Part shown: positions 26,751-43,635 of the stretch, piece by piece
How positions within the stretch are numbered: position 1 is the first letter of the stretch
How the letters are laid out: each line of letters begins with the position of its first letter
Assembly (NCBI RefSeq): GCF_009914755.1
Contig: NC_060944.1
DNA length: 64,000 bases
Source of the DNA: the human T2T-CHM13v2.0 reference genome, Homo sapiens
Reading direction: 5' to 3' (one strand)
Translations under genes and position numbers: made by a program
Notes under the pieces: model-generated
What the model saw: only the letters and a program-made list of their open reading frames with translations
Database searches by the model: none
Told to the model about the DNA's origin: nothing

Positions 26751-27845
26751 AGAAAAGGAGGTAAGGAGAGAGGGGAGAAGAAGGAGTGAAGAAGGAAAGG
26801 AGGGATGGGAGGCAAGGGATTATCTGGTACTTAAATACACAAGAAAATCCATTACAGAAACTGCTCACACTCTTTTCTATGCTCTATTGACCATTTTTCC
26901 GTTAACTATTTTCATCGAGTTCTACAATTTTTCTTTTCTATACTTTCACCTAGGAATCTATGAATTAGTAAAAAACAGAACAGAATTGCTTAATTTTATT
27001 TCCTAGAATTTTCATCAAAATAAAAAGATTATCAAAAATATCAAAAAACTACTGATACAGTAGTATACAAAACTCAGGGAGTTTTCAAAGGAAAAAAACA
27101 TTAAAAATGATGTTGATAAAACTATGGTATTCAGGAACAGATATTTCAGTTGAAAGCATATACCAGCATTTCTCATTACTGTCAATATTACTGACGTGGA
27201 ATTTGTTTACATCATATTGTGCATCACTGTAATATTTCCAGTTTTAACAATTGTTTAACTTGGCAAATAGTGCTAAGTTTAGAAGTCTGGGAAAGATGAC
27301 ATTGGAATCTACATCATAGTATCATTTTGATGCCTGTGGTTTCTGTACTTGTGAACTTTCTGCACACCAAGATTCTTGAGTCCACCCTTCCCTCATCTTT
27401 GAAGAACAAGAATTGGACTTGGTGGCCTACAGTTCCTTTCCGATCAGACCTGCCTCGTGTCCATGGTTTCCTACCAACTGCAGACACTTTCCAAAGCCCC
27501 TTTCCTGCTGATTCAAGGGCCTCCAGAATACAGGCATAGGCAGAGGACCCTTCTGGTTTCAGGTAGGAAAGGTGCCACTGGTCTGCAGGGCCTCCAAGGA
27601 CTGATAACCAAGGCAGAAGATCACCTAGGGGGATGCTGACCACAGCTGGGCGGGCAGCTTGATTGCACAAGGGTGGCAGTGGAATGAGAGGGAACACACA
27701 AAGGACAGGCTTGAGGAGCATTTTAAAGGCAGAAGTGAGAGGCTGATGACACATGGAGAAGAGGAAGAAATGGAAAGTGACTCTGAGGCTTTCTGGTCTG
27801 TTGCTGAGCATCAGTGAAAATACCTCATCAGATGGAGTAACGTGA

Positions 27846-28148
<303 letters not shown>

Positions 28149-28733
28149 GATAACTTTCAAATAAGAGCAGGAAAAAAAAATCTAATGCATTGTTTACCTG
28201 TAGGGACATTATAAATAAAAACATCAAACAAAAACAAAGATGAAAAGGAAAAAACGTAGTTTTAATGACAGGAACAGATTGTTGACTGCACTATGTATTT
28301 AGTTTCTGATAATTTATCATTTAAAATAATTGCTTTTCCAAAATGAATTTAAAACGTCAAGTTAGAAGCAATAAAAATCAGTTGACAGCATTTCAGGGCA
28401 ATTAACAAACTCTCCTGAGCTTATGGTGAGTATTATAAAACACCAGTTGCTGCTTTTCCACAAAACTATGTTTGATGAACGTTTAAAAGGAAAAATCCAC
28501 TATTAAGTAAAATACTTATTGTTCAAGAACATTTTTTAAAAATATAATGAAAATAATTGATCTGTCAAAGTACTGGGTAACTACCTTCTTCATAATTCAC
28601 AGAAACTGTTACAAAAGACATTTTGTTGTTAAGTTCGTAAAAACATTAAATAAATGCAAGCCTTAACATTTTAATTATGTTGAAAAACAGAAACATCTGT
28701 TTTACAATACTAATTAATTTGATATAAACTTAC

Positions 28734-28882
28734 CATGTCTTTTTATTCATTGTAAGCTCCATTATCATGCGCCTAAAAATAATCAAAACAGCTTTACAAG
28801 CATCAACTTGTTCTTTCAAGAGCACAGGAACTTCAGCACATGGTTCCAACAAAAAGATGTTTGCAGAGTTCGTCAAAAATAC
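28734..28882 (-). CDS. RALGAPA2: RALGAPA2 exon ~13 (149 nt): [14 protein letters not shown]...MNKKTW
   Basis: attttaag|GTATTT...ACATG|gtaagt; not in ORF track, in frame with both neighbours. Confidence 0.95.
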
Positions 28883-30648
28883 CTTAAAATCAACAACTTT
28901 ACATTAGAAAATATAACTGAACATAAACATTTGAATAAATTTTGCTTACAGATATTAATTTCACTCTACCAATGAAATCATTTTTCAGTTATTTCCAAAA
29001 GATTCTATTTCAATAAGGCAAGTGGTACCAACACATATTCAAAATTTTTTTTTGGTTCACCTTTTAGAATCACTTAAATACAGAGACACCTGAAAAGCCT
29101 TTCCCTAGGGGAAAAGAAAAAATCACTATTACATATTAATTGCAACTACAGAAATTTTATGAGTCAGAAAAGCTTTTGAAGACTTTTCAACAACCCCTCA
29201 ACAAAAAAAGGAAAACAAGGGAAAAAAGTAGGATCGTTGCATATGAGTGAGAAACTGTAGAGGGGGAATGGGAGGAGTAGAGGATAGATGGCCAGACAGT
29301 GGTCAGACAGAACTATGTGATTCTTATTGAGTCTCCCAGCACATGAACTCCTTGCTGACAGAAGCATGGACAGCACCACTCAACAGGGGTCAGAACCTCA
29401 AGGAGCTGTGATGTGTCCAGAAACAGACGAAGCCATCGACATCACACGCCTTCCAGGAGGCTATTTTTTTTTAATATGAAAGATATATTATGCAGTAGCA
29501 TACAAAATCTAAGTGAATTCTTAAGATTAAAAGCTGAGATTTCAAAAACAATTCAGATTATCAGCCAACTACTCTACCCTCTGCCTCAGACCTTTAGCAT
29601 ACAAGTTCACTGTTCTCTACCATCAGGGGTATCTCAGCAGAAAAATGTGAGAAGCACTGATCCAGGATATCATATACTATTACTGCTTTGAGTCACTACA
29701 GCAAAATAACGGTGTGTTACCATTTACACAGTTGACACCAGTGTCCCATCATCTGCAGATATTCTGAGTTGTCAATTTGGTACGAGGACAGACCTGCTCT
29801 ATCTACCTAGAGGTATATTGCCTCTTAGGTCTCCTTTGTGTTCAATAACACAAACTCAAAGCATGACGGAGCTTCTCTAGCTCATTTATAAGTAAAATTT
29901 TTTAAAGTATTGTATCAAAATAAATGTACAATCTGACGAAATTAAAATTAACATCAAAAGTCAAGTGGATGAACTAAAATATTCACAGCCTTTAAAGTTA
30001 TCTTAGGTAAGATTAAAACGTATTATGTCCCAATTTTCTAAGAAAAATCACTAAATAAGCACTATAATATAGTTGATGATGATGATAACTTCAGTCATGA
30101 AGAATTTACTAGCCTTCGAGTAAGAAAAACAAAAACAAAGAGCTTTTTGATTACAGCAATTTTAGTGGTTCTGTTTTTGAAAGTAGTATGCCACAGATGA
30201 TATATTGCAACACAGATCCTTTTAATTCAATGTATTTGGCTTCTTGAATATGAATTAAAAACTTTTTGCACATTCCCATGTAAGGAGTCTTTATATACTT
30301 TTACTTTTTACAAAACATCAAAGGTACTGCATGAGTATTTCTTATTAATGTGCTGGTATCAGTTAAGGTAAAAATAAACCAAATTAGTATGTCCAGAGTA
30401 CATTTGTCAAAAGCAACTATAGAAAACTACTATCTCTTGAACATCTGAGACACAGTCGGAGAAAAGAAAGAAAATTACTGTCTTATCAAACCTCCATTTG
30501 GCCCCTTTTTCTTAATAAACAAAGTAAAGGACTAAGGTATTAGATATAAGAACAAAACCAACTATTTAAATCCAAAGTAAATCTTTTTTTTAACTGTAGC
30601 ACTATATATAATAAAATAGAAATTGTTTTTTCTCAGTTCAGGCAAGGA

Positions 30649-30848
30649 CAGTAAGTCCTCATTTAACGTCATCAATAGGTTGTTGGAAATGATGACTTTA
30701 AGCAAGATATAAAAAAATTTTTTTTCTCATGAACATTATGATGAAATGATGTTGAATCAAACCATGTTACTCAAAGACCTGCTGTACTCATTTCATTTAA
30801 AGTCGCCATTTCCAAGAACCCACTGATGACATTAGTGAGGACCTACTG
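30649..30848. mobile_element. TcMar-Tigger MITE (MER6 family-like)
   Basis: TIRs cagtaagtcctcatttaacgtcatc / gatgacattagtgaggacctactg followed by TA. Confidence 0.7.
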
Positions 30849-31967
30849 TAAATGTAACTCAACCTTTCAGAAAATAAAAAGCACTCTTTTGAACCAAGGG
30901 GATCACTGGCACCTGCAACCACCACAGGCTGTTGCTGGAGATCCCCTTAGCTAAAAGATGGAGCTACTGAGGGACAAAGGGCAAGGACTCCTGCAAGTGT
31001 TTCTCTGATGGGGACGCAGGTCATACTTATGAGCAGCACCAAAAGTCTTTAAAGATGCACATGTGAAATCATCTCAACTTTTTTAAGTTAACTTCAAAAT
31101 TATGTGTAGGTTTTCAATGAAAAGTGAGAAAATTCATGAGTATGGTATATTAAACTGCTAATTCACTTGAAAAAAAAAAGGATACCACGAAAATGAATCC
31201 TATCAAGAAACAGATGACAGAAAATTAGAAAAATGCATGTCATTCCCAGATGTTCCCCAGACTCCACACCTGGCCTCTACATGAGAGGCCTAAGTGACAC
31301 ATCTCCAAATGTGGATGAAGGGTGGCGGGCGAGGGGGCAGTGAGCAGGGAATGAGAGGCACCCTGTATTTTCACTTACTCTTCAAGCTACATGAGATCTG
31401 AGAGGAAATCTCCCAATTCCCATTTTTGAGGTAAAATCCTGAGCTCTGGGGAGGTTAAGTAATGTTCCAAAGTTGCTCTTTCAAATGTTCCCAAATGGAG
31501 TCAGTTCTATTTCATATATTCATTCAAATCTAAAAACTACATCAGTCATTGTTCTTTGTAAACACAGCCAATTTTAAGAGGAATATTACTTATAAGATTT
31601 TATAATTGCCAAGCTTGTCTTGCAAATTAGAGCCCAGATAACTTACTACTCATAAGTGTTTGGAAGATAATTTAAAGATTTAAATATCAGCCATTTCATA
31701 TTCACTATATAATAATCTCAAAAAGACTGTAACCAGTTTTTATGTCTTCTTTGACTAGAAAAAAATTTTTGTAAATTGTGGGTAGGAATTAGAAAGAAAA
31801 CTCAGAATGAGAATGTAATAGCTAATTAAATTGCTGTTTATCGTTTACTGACAGATGGCTACAAATACCACCATACTTTATATGACATTATCCCCAATAA
31901 ACAAAAAGACAAAATGGCTCCAGCTGTAGGCGGTGGAGGGGTCTTCATGTCCTGGCCAGCCACATAC

Positions 31968-32105
31968 CTGCAACAAAGCCTGGACGCCGGCTTTCACATT
32001 TGTATTTTCCTCCTCTGTCACACACCCTCTGCTCATTGCACTTGTGAAGGAGTATGTGCGTCCCCAACTGGAAGATCGTTTATGACCAGAACTTTCAGAT
32101 GAGGC
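31968..32105 (-). CDS. RALGAPA2: RALGAPA2 exon ~12 (138 nt, phase 0-0): [19 protein letters not shown](486)...QALLQ
   Basis: ttctgaag|GCCTCA...TTGCAG|gtatgt. Confidence 0.96.
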
Positions 32106-33153
32106 CTTCAGAAGATAATGATCCATTAACAGAGTGGAAGATGCACGTGTTTAACTTGCATTTAACTATAAATATAATTAAATATATTATATAAACTAAG
32201 TTATATTTAGTTGGCATATTTAATTCCTTAAACTCACCAGGATTCACATGAAAATAGGTTCTAGGAGGTAGAGAGCTCCCCACTCAACCGTCAACACCTA
32301 AAATAGTGCTCAGCACTTAGTATGTGCTGAAAGAATGAGTTGTGTTTGTCCAATGACTGAGTGAGCATGGAATACAGCCCTTTAAAATGAATGATAATTT
32401 GCTTACCTATTCATTTAGATCTCATGGTAGTTATTAAAATGATTTCACCAATATTGAAAAATTAAAATTATGGAACACAGATATTTTAAAGTGACATGCC
32501 TCTAGTGAGAAATTTAAAACATTTTAAATTAATTTCATAATAGTATGACAGAAATATAAATGTCACTTAAGTTTCTTTTGTTTCAGGAGATATTCCACTC
32601 TGTCATTTTGGATTTATCCAACCTATAGCTTTATCTAACATGGACAGTGGCCCCTCCAGGAGGCCAGCACTCAGCGAGGCTTAAAGGGGAGGGACACTGC
32701 TGTTTGGTTAGTCCTTTCACAGGGGTAACACCCAGCTGCTTCTGGTACAGGCCACTGCACAACAAAAGTCTACCCAAACATTCTCAATTTAGTTTCTCCA
32801 AAAGATATTTATTTAAACAAGTCAAGGAGAAGGTAGTGATTTTTTTAGTCTCACAAATAGACATGTAAAATATGATGGCTTATTAAACAACTCTCCTGCA
32901 ACAGTGACCAACAAAGATGCAACACGCAGATGGCCCTGGCTAGAGTTGCAGGAGATGACTGCCAATCTAGAATGGGAGTACAGAAGCTACTCTCCTTGGT
33001 AGATCCTCACAGAACTCAGCAACTCAGAAGCATCAGATGGGATAAAAAAGAGATCCACCTGCCTTTGTCCCATTGACAAGACTCTTGACTGAGCAAGTAT
33101 ACTTTACTAAAATATATTTACCCTCAACTCAAAAGACAAGTGAAAAAAATTAC

Positions 33154-33321
33154 CTCCTTGCTATCAGTCTCGGAAAATCCTAATTTTTCAGCATCTTCTT
33201 GGGCAACATCTTTTCTATCTGGCTCCTCCATGAACACAGGTTTGTCCTGGAGAATCCACTTTCTGTACACTTGAACTACTTTTCTTGTTACAGCTATCTC
33301 ACAGGAAGGCAACAAAAATGC
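33154..33321 (-). CDS. RALGAPA2: RALGAPA2 exon ~11 (168 nt, phase 0-0): [10 protein letters not shown]...SETDSKE
   Basis: cctttcag|GCATTT...AAGGAG|gtaatt. Confidence 0.96.
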
Positions 33322-33551
33322 CTGAAAGGAAAAGAGAAAACTCCCTTTAACTACAAACACACTCAGATCAGTATAGGGCAGCATCACGGACATTCCCAAT
33401 GAGCATCACCCATTTCACTTTCCTTGGAACACACAGCTTATAAATATACTACACAGGGCCACAAATCTTTGTGCACACCAAACTTACCAGCAGCAAGAAA
33501 GACATTCTCATAAGAGAGCCCTAAAAAATGGCGTTAAAAATAACTTTTATA

Positions 33552-33858
33552 GGCCGGGCGCAGTGGCTCACGCCTGTAATCCTAACACTTTGGGAGGCCA
33601 AGGCAGGCGGATCATGAGGTCAGGAGTTCGGGACCAACCTGGCCAACATGGTGAAACCCCATCTCTACTAAAAATACAAAAATTAGCTGTGCGTGGTGGC
33701 GTGTGCCTGTAATCCCAGCTACTCAGGAGGCTGAGGCAAGAGAATCACTTGAACCCAGGAGGTGGAGGTTGCAGTGAGTCAAGGTCGCACCACTGCACTC
33801 CAGCCTGGGCAACAGAGCCAGACTCAGTCTCCAAAAAAAAAAAAAGGAAGAATGAAAA
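33552..33858 (+). mobile_element. AluS
   Basis: TSD aaaaataacttttata. Confidence 0.92.
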
Positions 33859-33999
33859 AAATAACTTTTATATTCTGAATAATTTGTCTATAAAAATAAC
33901 CAAATCAAATCATATCTATAGAAATATTTTAATTGGCTACAAAACACAATTATAATGCACAACCTGGACCTTTTCCCAACAAATCAGAAATAGGTTAGA

Positions 34000-34150
34000 A
34001 GGGACATGCTGGTACAGCAAGTGGCAACCAGTCGTGCCCACCTCTTCTCAGCTCCATGTTCACTGATGTCATGGTGTTGGCCTGAATCAGCCATGGTGGG
34101 AGTGGTTCTACTACAGAAGTCAGCATCTGTTACAAATCAGGACTTTGTTT
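34000..34150. mobile_element. MER63-like hAT fragment
   Basis: tcagccatggtgggagt...tgttacaaatcagg. Confidence 0.5.
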
Positions 34151-34759
34151 CTTTTTTTTTTTTTCCTTTTCTTTGCTTTTGTCCTTCTTCCTTTCCCTTC
34201 CTTCCTTCCTTTTTTGTTATTATTATTTTTTTGATATCATATATATCAGGTTTCTAATATATCAGGTTACTAATGAGTTCAGCTATCAATGTTAACAAGA
34301 GCCTCTGGCAAAGTTGTAGCATTGTGCATATTTATAAGAACTTTTTAACATTAAGGAATTCCCTTATACATCTCCATACAACAATTTTGATTTAATGTGA
34401 GAAGATTCCAATAATGTTAAACAATTTAAAGGAGAAATGCATTTGCTTTTCGCTTATCAGTTTTAAGGACTATTTCTATATTTGAGGGGAACAAGAGGGA
34501 GAGGTTCCCCATACTCAGATGCTTTAATGTCACAGATGAGGATACCGAGGCTTACAGCACCAGAGGTATTCTTCCAAGGTTACAAAGTTAGCCACAAATC
34601 CAGGTCTTGGTCTCAAGTTGCTGGCACTTGTTTTAATACTGCCCTTAAGGTTCATGCCACAGGATCCAGTTACAGGCAGAACTCACTTTAACAAAGCTTC
34701 ATGCAATATATCAATATCGAGATAACTGTGGTATCAAAAGCCAAAGTAATGGGATTTAA

Positions 34760-37500
<2,741 letters not shown>

Positions 37501-37659
37501 TTCCTTCACTTTTCCTTTACTGTCTTTTCTTCTGTTAAATTCAAGTAAAATTCAGAATTTTCATTAATTAAGAATGAATGAATGAAGAATTAAGGATTCC
37601 ATTGTCATAGTTACTCCGTCAGTCCCCATCCCCACCCCAGGCACTTTTCCATACCTCCC

Positions 37660-37970
37660 CTTGTGCCTGCCTTAATCTCAACTGACGTCTGTCTGGTTCC
37701 ACCTTCACCTGTCTCTACCCATGCCTCCCTCCCTCTTGCTTTTCTGCCTGCCTGCCTATTTCTGTCTGCCTATTGGTCTATACCTGCTTGCTTATTTCCA
37801 TCTCTGCCAGCTGGCCTATCTGCACCCACCTGTTTGTTCTTCTACACCTGCCTGCCAGTTTGCTGATGTCTATCAGTTCACCTGTACACCCCCCTGTCTC
37901 TCTACCAGCCTGCTTTCTGTCTGTTTATAATCCTTTCTTACCCATCTCCTCTCTGCTGGTGTCTCATCTA
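37660..37970. repeat. Degenerate CCTG/CTGT low-complexity tract
   Basis: Recurrent tgcctgcc, cctgtct, acctg units over ~300 bp. Confidence 0.6.
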
Positions 37971-39433
37971 TGTAGCTAGCCAGGCCCCAGCCATATATAC
38001 ACATATAGAAAGACCAGACTTTCTTCTAACATTAATGGTGGTGTTTCGAGGGATTTGCTTTTGCTTTCTCCTCTATAATTACATATACAGAGAGACTTTG
38101 TTTATCTAATGAACATAGATTTTTTAATAAAAATAAAGCTGTTTAAAATAAAATCAACCAATAAAACAACCTAATGAACAAACATCCTTTAGAGCAGTGC
38201 TTCAAACTTTTCAGATCATAGCCTAAGTAAGACACTTTACCAAAGGATATATGCATTTGTATATATAGTATTGTACACACATAAATAAATTAGAAGTTTC
38301 ACAAAGAAATAGTAATCCTTACAACTTGAACTACACTGTGAAATATTTGTTCTATTCTATTTTATTCTGTTTCATTGTTTAAAAAAAATACTAGTTTTGA
38401 CTCACTAAGTTGGTTTCATGACCTACGAATAGGTCACAACAGGTAGTCTGAAAAACGCCAATGAGAAGACGAGTTTACAGTGAAGTGACCCAGTGACCAG
38501 GACTGCCTACACGAAGCATTCTACCACTGCCTGGCCTTCCTGCTGGGGATGGCAGCAGATGAGGGATACCCTGAGCCTTGTCCTACTTCAGTTACTGTCT
38601 ATTTCCACCACCCACATTCAACTCACTGAACTACCCAGTCCAAGGTGACCCACACCAGGTGGTTCTTTAGCCTCTGTCATGAGCCTCTCTGCCCCAATAG
38701 CTCACCAGCATTTATTCCCAAGTCACTCATGGACATCTGATCTACCATCTCACACTGTTCTCTGCAGCATACACACACACCTTATCTCTCCACTGAGAAT
38801 GTGCACTTCTTGAACATCCATTTTAAACTATAATAACCGTTAGGCTTAAACATCTGTGAATCTTAATTTAAAGTTGAAAAAACATAGTTATTTTGAAAGA
38901 AGTCACATTTTGTTTTCCATAAAAGAGAAATTCATCATTGACCAACAGAGCAATAAAATGCAATTGTAAAACCCATTCCTCTTTTCCCAAATGTTTCTAT
39001 TTCAGTATTTTAACAACACATAATACTTAGATTTTAAACTTCACATACACAGTTACTCTTTCAAATTAGATCTGGTTAAGAAAAATTATAAAATGTAAAT
39101 GTTTTTAAGCTTCATGACACTAAGATGTCTCATAACTTCAGTCATATGTAGTCTATAGTCACCTCAATGATCAAAACTACTTCAAAATTGAATTTAGATT
39201 GGGTTTAATATTTAGACTGAATTTAGAATTTAGAGCACACTATTGCCAGGGGTAGGATGCCAATAACAGATACAGTCAGAATTATTTGTATGATAAATTA
39301 ACAATTACACAATAAAGGTAAAACCACAACAATATAGCATTTATCTGTTGTCTAAGATCTAAAAGCCTTGCTAATGTCATCTTATCTGATATGAAGTATT
39401 TTCATTCAAGCATTTAAAAATGTTACTATAGAT

Positions 39434-39638
39434 CAGAGTCAGCAAACCATCCAGCCTGCTGCCTATTTTTGTAAATAAAATTTTTCTAGAACGCAGCCAT
39501 CCTCACTTGTTACATGTATCTCTGGCTGCTTTCTTGCTACCATAGCAGAGTTTAGCCCCTGTGACAGAGACGTACGATCCACGAGGCCTAAAATATTTAC
39601 TAGTTGGCCTTTTGCTTTAAAAAGTGTGCTGACCCCTG
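39434..39638. mobile_element. MER58A hAT-Charlie MITE
   Basis: cagagtcagcaaac...tttttgtaaataaa...gcctaaaatatttacta...tgctgacccctg. Confidence 0.8.
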
Positions 39639-41219
39639 CTATAGATGATACACTCCAGGACCTTGACTATTTCAAATCAATAGTTGCTATGGACCTTTCA
39701 CATGTACAACAGGAGCATGAATATGACAACATTAATGTAGGGAATGGGGTAGATTTTAAAATCGTGGACTATTACGATAAAAAGAAAAGTTGTGGCAGTA
39801 TGATGTGTGCAGTACTACCTAGAAAGGGATGACACAGAAGGATGGGAGCTCCAAGGAGAGGGCTGCTAACCACAGTCAAAGAAAATGGAGAGGAAAGGAG
39901 TGAGCAAAACTCCTGTGTGACTTGTCCAGTGACTGTCATAGGAGGAGAGGGAGATGGGGAACCTAGGATCATTAAAATTAAGATGCAAACATGAATACAG
40001 GTCCCTTTGAAGAAGCAGTCAAGTCAGGAGAAGAAGTTGATATTAGGGGAAAAAATCAGCCCGGCTTTGGTCTTGTTATCATTAAGATACTACAGGAACA
40101 TCAGATTGGATGGCACGTGGGCATTTTAAAAGGCAAGTGTAGGAGGCACCCAGTGCCACCTTGTCTACATTGTTCAGTGACAATGTAGACACTGAGAGTC
40201 TACACCTGGTTTACCCAGTCATTCTGCCTGATTTTGGCCATGTGATTAGTTAGGTCTAAAAGCCCTCTCAGTAAACTTGTGCCCTGTCTTCCCTGAGACA
40301 GACATCTCACTCTCATGTTGGTGAATCATGATCCCGAGAGGGCACACTTTCTGTGCAGCAGAGGGAGGGCCCTTGAAGCTGTGCTCAGGTGTAACCGGCC
40401 TCTGTAGCATTGCATTATGCTTTCCGGCTCCTGGTGTGGTATATCCGCTGCCAGTAACAAATCTTTCATGAGTATAAAAAATTTGTTTAATGAAATTAAT
40501 GTTTTTATTTACAAGTGAGGTCCAGACAAAAGGCTTGACTGGGAGTCATATGCCACAGTGGTTGCTGGCACTGGACAGGCAGTAAAGGCCCCAAGGAGGC
40601 AAGTGTAGAATTACAGCAGAGACTTGAGCCCTGAATCTTGGTTAACACCTGTAATTTGGGGTGAAACAAAAAGAGGGGCCAAGACATGAAACAGAGAAGA
40701 CACAGAGAGTGAGAAGAACCAAGGCAGTGCCGGGCCACAGAACCAGAAAAAAATATTTTATAAGTGGAATGTTAATTGCAGACTAAACAAACATTTTCTT
40801 AAGTAAAATTTTTTCTTCATTAAAATGAAAATATGGTAAAATCTCTACACTGCTATAGATTAGGTTGTGACTTTGTTTTTGGTTGATTTTTTGTAATGAA
40901 AGTCCCAGAAGTGAGAGGGCCAAACATTCACTATCTCAAAAACTTGCCTCACCATAAGAAGTTCTCTGTGGTGCATTCCCGTCATTCATATGTCTAAGAC
41001 TCTTCTTCTCCTCCTCACCTACAACTGGACTCTGCCATTCAAGGGCTTAACCTACTTTTCAGGTCTATGGACAAAACAACTATTCCACCTCATATACACA
41101 TACCCACCAATAGGCCACATTCCCTGTTTTCAAGAGCACCAGTACCTAGAGTCAAGTGGCACTGGCCACACGCCACACTCCAGACCTGTGGGAGCTCTGT
41201 TTGCTGTGTTGAAGGCTAG

Positions 41220-41446
41220 TACTGAGTTTCTCCACAGCAGCACTACTGACACATTGAGCCAGATAGTTCTTTGTCATGGTGGGGGTGGGGGCCATTCTGG
41301 GCATTGCAGGATATTTAACAACATCCCTGGCTGCGACCCACTAAGATGCCAGTAGCACCCCCTCCCCAGTTGTGATGACCAAAACTGTTTCCAGACATTG
41401 CTAATGTCCCCTAGGGAGTAGCATCAAACCCAGTTGCAAACCTCTG
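41220..41446. mobile_element. MER20 MITE
   Basis: gcactactgaca...acatccctggc...gatgccagtagcacccc...ccagacattgc. Confidence 0.8.
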
Positions 41447-42008
41447 ATGTCACTCACGGCCACTAACCGTAGCCTGGGCTTCTGACCTCTTCTGTCTCCT
41501 TCCTTTGCTCACACCTCTTTTCGTGTCTTGGCCTCTGCTCCTTTCTTTCCTTTTATTCCCCTTGCCACCTACCTTTTTCTCTTGTGCCATAAATAATTCT
41601 ATCATATTGTGAGTGCCACACGCCTCTGCAGAGTTTTTGCAGAAACCTCCAGCTCCTCAGAGAGCTCCGTGAGGCTCTGGGAAGAAGACTGGACTCTTCT
41701 TTGCTATGTTCATTTGTTGCTGGGTATTCAGGAACGGCTTTCTTCCCACCTAACTCTGGGTTTACTTTGTTATAAAAACATGAAAGTATTTGTCTCATGA
41801 TTTTGCTCAAATATAGAATTTTCCCTCCTTGTGTAAATATTTTGCAACAACAAAATTTAAAAATCACAACAATCCTCACAAATTAAAAGATTAGAGGGAT
41901 CGTTCTTTATTATTCAGTTCTGTAACATAACCCAACTCACCAATTCTATTTGTTGGCGTGTTACAAGTAAAAGAACATGAAACAAAATCATTTCCATTTC
42001 AAGAACTT

Positions 42009-42011
<3 letters not shown>

Positions 42012-42051
<40 letters not shown>
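42012..42051. repeat. (AC)20 microsatellite ((UG)n in pre-mRNA)
   Basis: Direct reading; perfect. Confidence 0.97.
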
Positions 42052-42054
<3 letters not shown>

Positions 42055-42055
42055 C

Positions 42056-42283
42056 CTGGTGAAATACTTCATTCACGAAGTTGACATAACCTCGTGTTGA
42101 CAAGAGAATCCGCTGTACCATTTCATACACCATTCGGTGCTCTTCTTCAATGCTACAGAGGCTGGAGTTGCTGAGTCTTCGGTCCGACAAGGTGCTGCTG
42201 TTAGAATGGCTTTTGTCCTGCTCCGTGGGCCCACCACCATCCAGCTCAGGCGCTCTCTCCTGCACAGCACCACCACCAACAGT
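42056..42283 (-). CDS. RALGAPA2: RALGAPA2 exon ~10 (228 nt, phase 0-0): [10 protein letters not shown]...NEVFHQ
   Basis: ttcttccag|ACTGTT...CACCAG|gttagt; inside ORF 41999..42310. Confidence 0.96.
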
Positions 42284-43635
42284 CTGGAAGAAAGTCAGCA
42301 CACTTCTCAATGATGCTCACCCCCACTCAAGAACACCTGGCAAAACTTCAGTCTTGCCTTGTTTTAAGTAACTCTGGTTACCATCAATGTGCACAGGGTA
42401 CAGCAAACCAAAACCAGCTTGAAGCACGATAGGCTCCAGAGCCTGTACTTACCAATTTTCTAACTAACCAACAAATCCCTCCCAACTCAGCTATTTTAAG
42501 AGGAAAACTACTAAGCTATTTCAGAAAGGAGGGCTGTGAAATTTTCCCAATCTAAAAGGTTTAATTTGCATTGTAAAACCACAGAATAAATTAATGTGTA
42601 AAAACATTTGTATTATCATCACATCAGGTCTCTACACTTTAGCATTTGCTCCTATGGTCACAGAGATTGGAATATTCAGGGGACTTCTTGCAGCAACAAT
42701 GCTAGGAGGCATCATTTGATTCATATGACTAAGCGGCAGCTTGACAGTGGAGTGTGAAGATCTTTAAAGTGTATTTTATCAGAAGAATGCTGATCTGAGC
42801 TTTATCCTCAGAATCTTAGGTCAAACATAAATAAATATTCACAAAATTTTAAACATTTAAAAGACTTTAGGCATCCAAAGAAATGAAGTAATTCATGCAA
42901 TCACTCACAAAGCTTAACACTGATTTCTGCTCTCGTATCCACATAGAATTAAAGGTTTACTCCAAACAAAATATACATATAATTTTGCTTCACCTTTGCA
43001 AACTCCATTATTACTTTTAAGTGTCAAAAATATATAGCCCAAATACAACTAAAATTTACCCACTGTGAGTATTTTTTACAAGAAGAGACAAGATATGAAT
43101 AGTACAAAACAGTAATTTCAGTAACTACCAAGGACAGTTTGAAAACAAAACAGATATCCAATAGTAATCTCTAGAGAAAATTAATGGATTATACTTGTAA
43201 TAATTTTTCTCTTCATGCCTTAGTTACTAAGCCTGTGTGGCTTATGAAAGGCACTGTCGCACTGTAAGATGTGCTCACCTATGGAAATTATTTTATCTTT
43301 TTTACAGATCCACTATCTTCCACAGGAAAATAAAACTTTATTCATTTTATTCTTTTTCTATCTGAAGCTTCAGCAGGAATGACTCAAGGATGAGTATGGT
43401 ACAGAAAGAAGAGGCCCAAACTAAGTCTCAAAAACTTGCTTCTCCACATTCCTAACTGTAAGGCAACCCACGCAACGCACTTGGATTTCACATATACACA
43501 CGCATATATGTTAATCTGTAGGACACAGAGGCTAGATTAGGTCTAAAGTCTCTTATGGCTCAATAACCTGTGACTTTTTGACCTATAACTCCCATTTTCC
43601 CCACAAACTAAAAAAGAAAAAAAAAATATGCACAT

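Noticed and set aside
27314-27811. 165-aa ORF on the gene strand
   Set aside because: No similarity I recognise, and exons 13 and 14 already join in frame
32645-32670. CTCF-like cctccaggaggccagc (and a partial match near 31325)
   Set aside because: Several core mismatches; too weak without ChIP data
39626-39832. Acidic 68-aa ORF
   Set aside because: Starts inside MER58A at a non-ATG codon; likely chance
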